64,000 bases of DNA from an uncultured Gemmatimonadota bacterium (GTDB lineage Bacteria > JAAXHH01), in contig OX638340.1 in assembly GCA_951812955.1 (NCBI GenBank), positions 2,560,001-2,624,000 of the forward strand, read 5' to 3'. The position numbers were made by a program, and so were the translations under genes. The notes beneath the pieces are model-generated. The model made no database searches. It worked only from the letters and a program-made list of their open reading frames with translations, and was not told the DNA's origin. Positions within the stretch are counted from its first letter, which is position 1. The number at the start of each line of letters is the position of its first letter. Shown in pieces: positions 9,548-18,421 of the stretch.

Positions 9548-10582
9548 ATGGACGAACGGGACTACCCGTTGTCCGACCCGGACCGGTTCGACGAGGATAA
9601 CGAGTTCGACCGCGTGCTGCGGCCGGGCCGTTTCGATGAATTCCCCGGCCAGGAAAAGGCCAAGGCGGAGCTGCAGCTGTATATCGAGGCAGCGAAGACC
9701 CGCGGAGAGAACCACATCGACCACGTGTTGCTCCACGGACCGCCCGGATTGGGCAAGACTACGCTGGCCACCATTCTCGCCAACGAAATGGGCGTGGAGA
9801 TCCGTCAGACCGCCGGGCCCGTGCTGGACAAACCGGCCGACCTGGCGGGCCTGTTGACCAACCTGCAGCCGGGAGACGTGTTCTTCATCGACGAGATCCA
9901 CCGCCTGAACCACGTGGTGGAGGAACACATGTACGCCGCCATGGAGGACTTCAAGATCGACATCCTGGTCGACCGGGGGCCGAGCGCCCGTTCGCTCTCC
10001 CTTAACCTGGATCACTTCACGCTGGTAGGCGCGACGACGCGCACGGGCCTGCTTACGGCGCCGCTCCTGGCGCGTTTCGGCATCCCCATCCGCCTCGATT
10101 TCTACACGCCGGAAGAACTCTTCCTGATCGTAACGCGGGCGGCCGAAATCATTGGCGTGGAGACCGATAAAGGCGGGGCGATGGAGATCGCCCGGCGGTC
10201 ACGGGGTACGCCCCGAATCGCCAACCGGTACCTGAAGCGGGTGCGGGACTACGCCCAGGTCAAGCGCGACGGCCGTATTACCGGGGAGACCGCGACGGCC
10301 GCGTTCGACATGCTGGGCGTGGATCACATGGGTCTGGACGACATGAACCGCCTGATCCTCACGGCCATCATCGAGAAGTACGAGGGCGGTCCCGTGGGCC
10401 TGAACACGCTGGCCGTGGCCGTAGGTGAGGAGAGCGGGACGCTCGAGGAAGTATACGAGCCATATCTCATCGTCCAGGGCCTGATCAAGCGCACGCCCCG
10501 GGGCAGGGTGGCCACCGAGCTGGCATACGGGCACCTGGGATTCGACGCGAACAAGAGGCCGCGGCCCGGACTGTTCGACTGA
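9548..10582 (+). CDS. ruvB: Holliday junction branch migration ATPase RuvB
   Basis: AAA+ Walker [14 protein letters not shown], Walker [11 protein letters not shown], sensor motifs; 344 aa. Confidence 0.95.
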   Translation: MDERDYPLSDPDRFDEDNEFDRVLRPGRFDEFPGQEKAKAELQLYIEAAKTRGENHIDHVLLHGPPGLGKTTLATILANEMGVEIRQTAGPVLDKPADLAGLLTNLQPGDVFFIDEIHRLNHVVEEHMYAAMEDFKIDILVDRGPSARSLSLNLDHFTLVGATTRTGLLTAPLLARFGIPIRLDFYTPEELFLIVTRAAEIIGVETDKGGAMEIARRSRGTPRIANRYLKRVRDYAQVKRDGRITGETATAAFDMLGVDHMGLDDMNRLILTAIIEKYEGGPVGLNTLAVAVGEESGTLEEVYEPYLIVQGLIKRTPRGRVATELAYGHLGFDANKRPRPGLFD

Positions 10583-10709
10583 CGGCCTGCAGGCTTGCTA
10601 CCGGCGCGGCCGGCGGTCCCCTTAGCCAGCGCGGTCGGCGCAGCGCTTCAGTTTCGTCGCCCGCTCGGCACGGCGGACCCTGAATCCCACTCGGCCGGCG
10701 CGAAAGATC

Positions 10710-11921
10710 TTGCGAGCATCCGTGAATCTAGCCGCATACGATTTTAACCTGCCGGAAGACCTGATCGCCCAGCATCCGGCCGAACACCGCGACGCGTCCC
10801 GATTGATGGTGGTGCACAGGCGCGGCGGTATGATCGAACACCGAGCATTCCGGGACATTGTAGAATACCTGGCCCCGGCCGACGCGCTGGTGCTCAACCG
10901 GACGAAAGTGATGCCGGCGAGGCTGCTGGGGACGCGGCCGGAGACCGGCGGAAAGGTCGAAGTCGTGCTGGTCCGCCAGGTCCGCGAGTCCGCGCCCGCC
11001 CTCTGGGAAGCCCTGCTGAAGCCCGGCGCCCGGCTCGCGAGAGGGACGCGCTTGGATCTGGAGGGCGGCGTACTTACTGCCACGGTGGAGGACGACCCCG
11101 GTCCGGACATACGCCATGTTCGATTCGGCGGGAACGAGGACGTTACGCGGGTCATAGAGCAGGTTGGCCGCACGCCGCTGCCCCCCTACATACGCCGTTC
11201 GCCGGACGCGACCGACAGGGATCGGTACCAGACGGTCTACGCGGAGGAATACGGCGCCGTGGCCGCTCCCACGGCCGGGCTGCACTTCACGGCCCCCCTG
11301 CTGGACCGCATCCGGTCGCGGGGAACGGCCGTGGTGCCGATCCTGCTCCACGTCGGGCCGGGTACGTTCCAGCCGATCCGCTCTGCCGCCGTGGAAGACC
11401 ACGAAATGGACGCGGAATACTACCGTATGGAGGCGCACGAAGCGGAAGCGATCCTGAAAAAGCGTGGCGAGGGCCGCGTGGTCGCCGTGGGAACCACGGT
11501 CGTGCGCGCCCTGGAAACGATCGCGGCCGGGTCCTCCGCCGTCGACGCAGGATCCGGGCCCGATAGAGCATCCGCGGACGCAGGATCAGGGCCCGATAGA
11601 GCATCCGCGGCCGGTGGCGCGTCCGAAGGCGGAGGTGGGTTCGGCCCAGGCGGTCCACGCGATCCAGGCGGTCCAGGCGACCCAGGCGGACATGGACTCG
11701 TTCCGCGCCGGTACGAGGGGCGCACCCGGTGTTTCATCTATCCCCCCTACAATTTCCGGCTGGTCGACGCGCTGCTGACTAATTTCCATCTGCCGAAGTC
11801 GACGCTCCTCTTGCTGGTCAGCGCCTTCGCCGGAAGGGAACGGATCCTTTCCGCTTACGAGGAGGCGGTCAGGGAGAAATACCGGTTCTACAGCTATGGC
11901 GACGCCATGCTGATCGTATGA
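10710..11921 (+). CDS. queA: S-adenosylmethionine:tRNA ribosyltransferase-isomerase with a ~55-aa low-complexity insertion
   Basis: Conserved QueA blocks (DFNLPEDLIAQHPAEHRDASRLMVV, TAGLHFT, CFIYPPYNFRLVDALLTNFHLPKSTLLLLVSAF) interrupted by AVDAGSGPDRASADAGSGPDRASAAGGASEGGGGFGPGGPRDPGGPGDPGGHG. Confidence 0.85.
   Translation: MRASVNLAAYDFNLPEDLIAQHPAEHRDASRLMVVHRRGGMIEHRAFRDIVEYLAPADALVLNRTKVMPARLLGTRPETGGKVEVVLVRQVRESAPALWEALLKPGARLARGTRLDLEGGVLTATVEDDPGPDIRHVRFGGNEDVTRVIEQVGRTPLPPYIRRSPDATDRDRYQTVYAEEYGAVAAPTAGLHFTAPLLDRIRSRGTAVVPILLHVGPGTFQPIRSAAVEDHEMDAEYYRMEAHEAEAILKKRGEGRVVAVGTTVVRALETIAAGSSAVDAGSGPDRASADAGSGPDRASAAGGASEGGGGFGPGGPRDPGGPGDPGGHGLVPRRYEGRTRCFIYPPYNFRLVDALLTNFHLPKSTLLLLVSAFAGRERILSAYEEAVREKYRFYSYGDAMLIV
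11544..11609 (+). repeat. 33-bp tandem duplication (gacgcaggatccgggcccgatagagcatccgcg x2) inside queA, followed by a GC/Gly-Pro-rich tract to about 11700
   Basis: Direct reading; encodes DAGSGPDRASA x2. Confidence 0.9.
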
Positions 11922-12661
11922 GGAGGACAAAGGCCGTGAAATCCGCTATGGGCATCATCCCCGCGGCCGGTCTCGGCCAGCGTATGCGGTCGGATGAGGA
12001 GAAACCATACATCACGATCGGCGGAAGGTCGATCCTGGCCCACACCCTTTCGGCCTTCGAGGCGTGTCAGGCCGTGGAGGGTTACGTGCTGGTGGTAGAG
12101 CCGTCGCGCGTGCAATTCTGCAAGGCGCAGCTGACCGGGCCGTTCGGGCCGTCCGAGCCGTCCGGTCCGGGTGTTGCATATCCGAAGCTTGCCAAAGTGG
12201 TCGCCGGTGGAAGCACGCGCCAGGAGTCTGTATACCGCGGCCTGATGGCCCTGGACGACGAGACCGGGTACGTGCTGGTCCATGACGCGGCGCGCCCCTG
12301 CGTCGAGCCCGGCGCGCTCGAAGCTTCCGTCCTCGGTTGCGCCAGGCACGGCGCCGTGATCGCGGCCACCCCGTCGACGGATACGATGAAGATCATCCGC
12401 GACGGCGTGGTCGAGGCGACACCGGACCGATCGACGATCTGGCGGGCGCAGACGCCCCAGACGTTCGCGTACGGGATGCTCCGGACGGCACACGAACGGG
12501 CGCGGGAACAGGGATACGTCGGGACCGACGACGCCGAACTGGTGGAACGGGCCGGTTACGTGGTTCGGGTCCTGGAAGGCGCCCCAGACAACATCAAGGT
12601 GACCACGGCCGAGGACCTGGAAACCGCGGAGCGCATCTTGCGGCGGCAGGGGCGGATCTGA
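11918..12661 (+). CDS. ispD: 2-C-methyl-D-erythritol 4-phosphate cytidylyltransferase
   Basis: GIIPAAGLGQRM nucleotide-binding motif, VLVHDAARPCV; 247 aa; followed by ispF. Confidence 0.85.
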   Translation: MRRTKAVKSAMGIIPAAGLGQRMRSDEEKPYITIGGRSILAHTLSAFEACQAVEGYVLVVEPSRVQFCKAQLTGPFGPSEPSGPGVAYPKLAKVVAGGSTRQESVYRGLMALDDETGYVLVHDAARPCVEPGALEASVLGCARHGAVIAATPSTDTMKIIRDGVVEATPDRSTIWRAQTPQTFAYGMLRTAHERAREQGYVGTDDAELVERAGYVVRVLEGAPDNIKVTTAEDLETAERILRRQGRI

Positions 12662-12702
12662 CAGCGGATTAACCTGAGATTACATCATGAGGCTTTCTTG
12701 CC

Positions 12703-13194
12703 ATGGATGACATACGCGTAGGAACCGGCTACGACGTGCACGCCTTCGCGGACGACAGGCCCTGTGTACTGGGCGGCGTGACCGTTCCCCACGAACGCGG
12801 GCTGCAGGGCCACTCGGACGCGGACGTGCTTTCGCACGCCATCGGCGACGCCCTCCTGGGCGCAGCCGCGCTGGGCGATATCGGGATTCACTTCCCCGAT
12901 AACGAGTCCCGTTACCGTGGGATTTCCAGTCTCGTCCTGCTCCAACGGATTGTTGACGCACTGGGCGAATCCGGTTATACTGTATCGAATGTGGACGCCA
13001 CCGTCGTCGCGGAACGTCCGAAACTGTCGCCATTCGTGCCGCTGATGCGCCGCCGGATCGGCAAAGCCCTCGGACTGCCGGAAGACCGCGTGTCGATCAA
13101 GGCCACAACTTCAGAAAGACTCGGATTCACGGGACGGGAAGAAGGCATCGCGGCCCATGCCGTGGTATTGATCCGTTCCGATGGCGGCGGGTGA
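12703..13194 (+). CDS. ispF: 2-C-methyl-D-erythritol 2,4-cyclodiphosphate synthase
   Basis: GTGYDVHAF...HSDADVLSHAIGDALLGAAALGDIG metal-binding signature; 163 aa. Confidence 0.9.
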   Translation: MDDIRVGTGYDVHAFADDRPCVLGGVTVPHERGLQGHSDADVLSHAIGDALLGAAALGDIGIHFPDNESRYRGISSLVLLQRIVDALGESGYTVSNVDATVVAERPKLSPFVPLMRRRIGKALGLPEDRVSIKATTSERLGFTGREEGIAAHAVVLIRSDGGG

Positions 13195-13249
13195 GTTACG
13201 TTCCCGCGCGCGCACCGATTCTGCTTATGCGCGTCGTAGTGGGGTATTT

Positions 13250-14053
13250 ATGGGCAAGGTCATTTCGATCGCGAATCAGAAGGGCGGGGTGGGCAAGACG
13301 ACCACGTCCGTCAACCTGTCGGCCTGCCTTGGCGTCGCTGAGAAGAAGACGCTGCTGATCGACCTGGATCCGCAGTCGAACGCCACGTCGGGACTCGGCC
13401 TGCAGGACCGCACGCTGGACGTGACGATATACGAAGTCCTGCTGGACGAACGCAACATCGAGGAAGCCGTTCAGCAGACCGAGATCCCCGCGCTTCACGC
13501 AGTTCCGGCCCATCGGCGGCTGGTGGGCGCCGAAATCGAACTGGTATCGGCCATCGCCCGGGAACGGAAACTGGAAGAGGCAATCAAGCCCATACGCGAC
13601 GAGTACGATTACATCCTGATCGACTGCCCGCCTTCCCTGAGCCTGCTCACCCTGAACGCCCTCACGGCGGCCGACTCGGTGTTGATTCCCATACAGTGCG
13701 AGTATTATGCCCTCGAGGGACTCGGGCAACTGCTCAGTTCGATCCGGAAGATCCAGAAGCATCTGAACCGCAGCCTGAAGATTGAAGGCATCCTCCTGAC
13801 GATGTACGACAAGCGGCTCAATCTCACGAGACAGATCGAGGTGGAAGCCAAACAGTATTTCGCGGACAAAGTCTATCAGACTACCATCCCGAGAAACGTT
13901 CGTCTGAGCGAAGCGCCGAGCTTCGGCAGTCCGATCATACTGTATGATATTCTCTCGTCGGGAGCGGAAAGCTATATGAATCTAGCCAGAGAGGTAATTG
14001 CCAATGGCAGCCAGGAAAGTGCTGGGACGGGGGCTCGAAGCGCTGATTCCTGA
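13250..14053 (+). CDS. parA: chromosome partitioning ATPase ParA/Soj (start at internal MGKVISIA)
   Basis: Deviant Walker A KGGVGKTTTSVNLSA, DLDPQSNATSGLG, ParA family length. Confidence 0.9.
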   Translation: MGKVISIANQKGGVGKTTTSVNLSACLGVAEKKTLLIDLDPQSNATSGLGLQDRTLDVTIYEVLLDERNIEEAVQQTEIPALHAVPAHRRLVGAEIELVSAIARERKLEEAIKPIRDEYDYILIDCPPSLSLLTLNALTAADSVLIPIQCEYYALEGLGQLLSSIRKIQKHLNRSLKIEGILLTMYDKRLNLTRQIEVEAKQYFADKVYQTTIPRNVRLSEAPSFGSPIILYDILSSGAESYMNLAREVIANGSQESAGTGARSADS

Positions 14054-14864
14054 TCTTCCGGAAGATCAGGAAGACCGGCAAAGCGTGCTCCAGGTGCCGA
14101 TAGACCGGATTTCGGCCAATCCCTACCAACCACGGCAGTCGTTCGACCAGGCCAGGCTCGATGAACTGGCCCGGTCCATCCTCGAAAAGGGCGTTATTCA
14201 GCCGATCGCCGTCCGAAGGAAAAACGAAAAGGATGAATACGAACTGATCGCCGGGGAGCGAAGGCTCCGGGCCGCCCGTCAAACAGGCTACCAGACCATA
14301 CCGGCCATCGTCATGGCGGTTTCATCCCCCGAAGAAATGATGGAACTGTCGCTGATCGAGAACATCCAGCGGGACGATCTGAATCCGATCCACGAAGCCC
14401 GTGCATACCTTCGGTTGCAGGAAGAATGCCACCTCACGCAGGAAGAGGTCGCAACCCGCGTGGGAAAAAACAGGACGACGGTAGCCAACACGCTCCGGCT
14501 GTTGAAACTGCCGGCCGAAGTCCAGAAGTGCCTCCTGGCAGATGAGATCACCATGGGCCACGCGCGAGCGCTGCTCGGACTCGAAAACCGCGCGGAACAG
14601 GCCGATTTGTCCAAACAGATCGTAAAGAAGGGCCTGTCGGTGCGCAAAGTGGAAGAACTCGTGAAGAAACGCTACCAGGAGAAGCGGGAAAGCGCGCCGG
14701 CACACAAGCCTCACGACCTCTCGGCCGCCGAGACCATCATGCAGCGCATACTGGGAACGAAGGTGAACATCAACCGCAGGCAGCACAAGGGGAAGATCGA
14801 AATCGAGTTCTATTCCACCGATGACCTGAACCGCATCCTCGAACTGCTGAAAGTCCGGCTGTGA
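14004..14864 (+). CDS. parB: chromosome partitioning protein ParB
   Basis: ParB box GERRLRAARQTGYQTIPAIV, HTH region; follows parA. Confidence 0.85.
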   Translation: MAARKVLGRGLEALIPDLPEDQEDRQSVLQVPIDRISANPYQPRQSFDQARLDELARSILEKGVIQPIAVRRKNEKDEYELIAGERRLRAARQTGYQTIPAIVMAVSSPEEMMELSLIENIQRDDLNPIHEARAYLRLQEECHLTQEEVATRVGKNRTTVANTLRLLKLPAEVQKCLLADEITMGHARALLGLENRAEQADLSKQIVKKGLSVRKVEELVKKRYQEKRESAPAHKPHDLSAAETIMQRILGTKVNINRRQHKGKIEIEFYSTDDLNRILELLKVRL

Positions 14865-14927
14865 AGCCCGCCGAACCCCGTACACGTCCCTCGCCCGTCC
14901 AACCCCCGTTATTTTAACCGATATCCT

Positions 14928-14955
14928 TTGACATTTCGGCCCGGCGGCCTATATT
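14928..14955 (+). promoter_or_regulatory. sigma70-like promoter candidate: -35 TTGACA (14928-14933), 16-nt spacer, -10 TATATT (14950-14955)
   Basis: Near-consensus hexamers read directly; located in the parB to M23-peptidase intergenic region, oriented toward the downstream + strand genes. Confidence 0.5.
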
Positions 14956-14971
14956 TATGCCGTCGCGCCGA

Positions 14972-14994
14972 TTCCGTCACGAGACGTGACGGAA
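14972..14994. promoter_or_regulatory. 23-bp perfect palindrome ttccgtcacg-aga-cgtgacggaa, just downstream of the promoter candidate and overlapping the annotated GTG start
   Basis: Two 10-nt arms are exact reverse complements with a 3-nt spacer; operator-like position. Confidence 0.5.
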
Positions 14995-15891
14995 CAAGGA
15001 CGGATGTACGAATCCGGGGTGGTATCGGTCATGCCCAGAATGCACTGGATGTCACTGGTTTTCGTCTCTGACCGATCGGGCCGGGCGCACGAGTTGCGCA
15101 TGCCGAGGTTCCTGTTTGTCGCACTCGTCTCGATGTTGGGACTCGGCTTGCTCGCGCCGGTGGTTGCCCTGGTCCTCCCGGCGGGTATAGCCGAGGTTTC
15201 TTTCGGCCAAACCTGGAAAACACAGATAAAGTCGGTAGAGGAAAAGTCCATGGAGCTGACCCGGCAACTGGAGGAACTGAAGGACACCGCCAGGTCGATA
15301 CGCAGGCTGGCGGGCGTCGAGCGGTTCGATTCCGAATCCCCGGTACGCGTGGACGATGAAAACGGCCTCCTGTCCGCCAACCGGGACGGGTTGCCTTTTC
15401 TGACGGACGACGGCCTTCCGGCGAGGGTGGAAGCCGCCGCCGGGGAAAGCGCGGCGCTGTTACGATACGTGCCGTCCATATGGCCGGTCGCCGGCTGGGT
15501 GACGCGGGAGTACGAACATGGGGACGATCCCATCACCGGGACTCATTTCGGCCTGGACGTCGCCGCCCGTGAAAGCGCGCCGGTCAGGTCCGCCGCCGAT
15601 GGGACCGTGACCTTCGCGGACTGGGATCAGAACCTGGGCTGGCTGGTCGAGATAGACCACGGATACGATATGTCGACGCGTTACGGTCACAACGCCATGC
15701 TGCGGGTCGACCGCGGACAGACGGTCCGTCGCGGGCAGATCGTCGCCCTGGTCGGGAATACGGGCCGCAGCACGGCGCCGCATCTGCATTACGAGGTCTG
15801 GAAAGACGGCGTCCCCGTCGATCCTCGCGGCTACCTGCCCGAGGTCATCCACTGGGATGATCTGCTGTTGAGCCTGCGAACGCAGCGCTGA
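14986..15891 (+). CDS. M23 family metallopeptidase (LytM/NlpD-like) with N-terminal membrane anchor and coiled coil; start uncertain
   Basis: M23 catalytic motifs HFGLDVAA, DHGYDMSTRYGH, TGRSTAPHLHYEV. Confidence 0.8.
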   Translation: MTEQGRMYESGVVSVMPRMHWMSLVFVSDRSGRAHELRMPRFLFVALVSMLGLGLLAPVVALVLPAGIAEVSFGQTWKTQIKSVEEKSMELTRQLEELKDTARSIRRLAGVERFDSESPVRVDDENGLLSANRDGLPFLTDDGLPARVEAAAGESAALLRYVPSIWPVAGWVTREYEHGDDPITGTHFGLDVAARESAPVRSAADGTVTFADWDQNLGWLVEIDHGYDMSTRYGHNAMLRVDRGQTVRRGQIVALVGNTGRSTAPHLHYEVWKDGVPVDPRGYLPEVIHWDDLLLSLRTQR

Positions 15892-15892
15892 C

Positions 15893-16300
15893 ATGTTCGG
15901 ATCATCAGGTGCAGGACGTTTTCGGGAGCTCGGTATGACGATCATCGCCAAGGGCACTGAACTGAACGGATCGGTGGACGTTGAAGGCAATATCCGGGTA
16001 GACGGCACCGTGAACGGCGATGTCAAAGCCACCGACGGTGTAGAGGTCGGAAAGTCCGGCCGGATCGTAGGGTCGTCCATTGAGTCCAAGACGGCGGTCA
16101 TTCATGGTTACGTGGAGAGTCAGCTTATTGTATCGCAACACGTACTCCTGGGCGGCAAATCCATTCTGGTCGGTGACTTGAAGACCAAGTCCCTCGTCAT
16201 CGAAGAAGGGGCTGTCTTCCACGGGAATTCGTCCATGTCCGAAGAATACGCCGGAACGGACCGTGTGATGGGCGGAGACGACCGTACGGATGGGGCTTAA
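15893..16300 (+). CDS. bactofilin family cytoskeletal protein (alternative start at 15935 MTIIAKG)
   Basis: Beta-helical bactofilin core repeats (GTELNGSVDVEGNIRVDGTVNGDVKATDGVEVGKSGRIVGSSIESKTAVIHGYVES); ~120-135 aa. Confidence 0.75.
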   Translation: MFGSSGAGRFRELGMTIIAKGTELNGSVDVEGNIRVDGTVNGDVKATDGVEVGKSGRIVGSSIESKTAVIHGYVESQLIVSQHVLLGGKSILVGDLKTKSLVIEEGAVFHGNSSMSEEYAGTDRVMGGDDRTDGA

Positions 16301-16339
16301 AACCCGAACGAGCGTTGATTGAGCGTTGACTGATGGTAT

Positions 16340-16609
16340 ATGGCACGGGATACGCAGGGCAAATGGCAGTACATGAGGGAAGCCGGAGAGCTTGCCGTAA
16401 TCGGCCTGACCCTGGTTTTCGCCACGGCGATAGGATACTTTCTGGGTCACCAAGTCGAACTGGCCTGGCCTGAGTGGAATCCCTGGGGCGGCGTCGTCGG
16501 CGCCATGCTCGGCGTCGTGGCCGGGTTCCTGGAAATGGCGAGGACGCTGAAACGTCTGAACAGAAAGCTGGAAGCGGCGGAGCGGGAGAGCAATGGCACA
16601 AAGCACTGA
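16340..16609 (+). CDS. atpZ: AtpZ/AtpI-family small membrane protein preceding the ATP synthase genes
   Basis: 89 aa, two predicted TM helices, immediately upstream of the atp operon on the same strand; resembles the ATPase_gene1 family. Confidence 0.55.
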   Translation: MARDTQGKWQYMREAGELAVIGLTLVFATAIGYFLGHQVELAWPEWNPWGGVVGAMLGVVAGFLEMARTLKRLNRKLEAAERESNGTKH

Positions 16610-17126
16610 GCGTGACGGCGAAACATTGATCGGCGGCATGTCGACGGCCGGAACGGCGACGGACGCGGAATCTCCGTCCGGAAACAACGATGAACCGTTG
16701 CGGCGGTTCCTGCCCCGAGTCTACCGGATAAGCGCCGTGCTGACCGTGGTCGGCACCATCGCGTCGCGCGTAGCGGGCGCGGACCTGCTTGCCGTCAATT
16801 TCTTCACCGGATCGTTTATCGGACTGTTGCTGCTGTATGTCACGGCCTGGCTGGTCCGCCGTTACATGACGCCCGTCGCGCACATCAAGCGGAACCGCAA
16901 CCGGTTGTTCCTGCTTCTGATGGCCAAGCTGCCGCTGCTGGGAATCGTGTTGTATTTCGTGACTTCGGGGGACTGGTTCCACCCGATCGGGTTTTTGATG
17001 GGTGTGTCCTTGACGCCATTCACGCTGACCCTGTGCGGATTGATCCTGCTCACGAGGCAGGGCTCGGGGGATGGGCGGCCCGACTGGACCGCCGTACTGG
17101 ACAAGACGAAGCGGTCGTACCGGTAA
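16593..17126 (+). CDS. putative ATP synthase protein I-like integral membrane protein; start uncertain
   Basis: Hydrophobic 3-4 TM protein between atpZ and atpB; position matches atpI in many operons. Confidence 0.4.
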   Translation: MAQSTERDGETLIGGMSTAGTATDAESPSGNNDEPLRRFLPRVYRISAVLTVVGTIASRVAGADLLAVNFFTGSFIGLLLLYVTAWLVRRYMTPVAHIKRNRNRLFLLLMAKLPLLGIVLYFVTSGDWFHPIGFLMGVSLTPFTLTLCGLILLTRQGSGDGRPDWTAVLDKTKRSYR

Positions 17127-17138
17127 GGAGGTTTTCCT

Positions 17139-17951
17139 TTGACTACTCCGTGGTCGAGTGTCCTCTCTCTGAAGATGGCGTCGGAGGGAGGAAGCGGTGA
17201 AGCGCACTACTCGATACTACATGGGTTGTTTCTATTGCTGGGCCCGCTGGCCGAATGGATTCCCAGGCCGGTCAGGCAGCCGGATCTCCTGCTGAACACC
17301 CTGCTCGTCTTCGTAATCGTCCTCGTTCTCGTAACCATCGCGGTAAGAACGCTCAAGCGTATTCCCGAAGGCTCGATCCAGGCCCTTTTCGAAATGGCCG
17401 TCGAAGGGCTGACCGATTTCTTCCTCAATATCGTAGGGGAGCGCGGCAGGAAGTACATTCCCTTTTTCGCCTCCTTTTTCATCTACATCTGGTTCATGAA
17501 CATGCTGGGCGTCATACCCGGCATGCAGTCGCCCACCGCCGATCTGAACACCACGCTCGGATTCGCCCTCATCTCCGTCGTCGCGGCCCATCTCATCGGC
17601 CTGCGCGAGATAGGGATCAAGGCCTATCTCTGGCATTTCTGGGGTGAGCCCAGGTGGATGGGCGTGCTCATGTGCCCGCTCCATATAATCGGCGAGTTCG
17701 CCAAGGTCGTCTCGCTTTCGATACGGCTTTTCGGGAATGTGTTCGGGGAGGAAATGATCCTCCTCGTGCTGGCCGGCCTGTCCCCGGTGCTGCTTTTAGG
17801 CGCCCTGGAAGTGCCCTTCGTGCCGCTGCAGGTCCCGATGTTGATGTTCGCGGTGTTTTCCGGGACGATTCAGGCGATGATCTTCTCGGTGCTCAGCGCC
17901 GTGTACGTAGCCCAGTTCCTGGATCATGGTCACGGGGAAGAAGACCACTGA
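17139..17951 (+). CDS. atpB: F0F1 ATP synthase subunit a
   Basis: Conserved essential Arg in LSIRLFGNVFGEE; multi-TM; operon position. Confidence 0.9.
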   Translation: MTTPWSSVLSLKMASEGGSGEAHYSILHGLFLLLGPLAEWIPRPVRQPDLLLNTLLVFVIVLVLVTIAVRTLKRIPEGSIQALFEMAVEGLTDFFLNIVGERGRKYIPFFASFFIYIWFMNMLGVIPGMQSPTADLNTTLGFALISVVAAHLIGLREIGIKAYLWHFWGEPRWMGVLMCPLHIIGEFAKVVSLSIRLFGNVFGEEMILLVLAGLSPVLLLGALEVPFVPLQVPMLMFAVFSGTIQAMIFSVLSAVYVAQFLDHGHGEEDH

Positions 17952-17977
17952 CGTGCTGTAGGTGCGTATGCTGTGTA

Positions 17978-18018
17978 ACGAGTTCAGAATGTTTCAAAAC
18001 GAGTTCAGAATGTTTCAA
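17978..18018. repeat. two direct copies of acgagttcagaatgtttcaa in the atpB-atpE intergenic region (relatively AT-rich)
   Basis: Direct reading; 20-nt units separated by 2 nt. Confidence 0.85.
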
Positions 18019-18073
18019 TATGACGTTATGATGCTGCTGTAATTCGTTCTCCATTCCGAAAGGAGTTTGCTTC

Positions 18074-18346
18074 ATGCTGTACTATATGGGTTTGGGACTA
18101 GGCGTGGCCCTTGCTGTTTCCGTCGCCGCCATCGGCGCCGGCGTTGGACAGGGTATCGCCACCGGTCTGGCCTGCCAGGGCATTTCCCGTCAGCCCGAAG
18201 CCGCCGGCCGCATTCAGCTGGTGATGATCATCGGCCTGGCGTTCATGGAATCGCTGGCTATCTACGGCCTGCTGGTTTTCTTCATGCTCCAGGGCCGGTT
18301 GCCTTCATTCGAGCAGGTCATGCAACTGACTCAGGTCGGACAGTAG
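18074..18346 (+). CDS. atpE: F0F1 ATP synthase subunit c
   Basis: Hairpin of two TM helices with GxGxGxG glycine motif and conserved carboxylate ([10 protein letters not shown]); 90 aa. Confidence 0.9.
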   Translation: MLYYMGLGLGVALAVSVAAIGAGVGQGIATGLACQGISRQPEAAGRIQLVMIIGLAFMESLAIYGLLVFFMLQGRLPSFEQVMQLTQVGQ

Positions 18347-18421
18347 GATGCAAACGGACTGCATGGCTTGCGGCGCGCGTCCATCCGGCGCGTGTTGCCG
18401 GCGTTCGAAGGAGCATAGCGC

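Noticed and set aside
14961-14994. Possible parS site next to parAB.
   Set aside because: The palindrome ttccgtcacg-aga-cgtgacggaa has a 3-nt spacer and arms unlike the canonical tGTTTCACGTGAAACa parS. I keep it as a generic operator candidate, not a parS.
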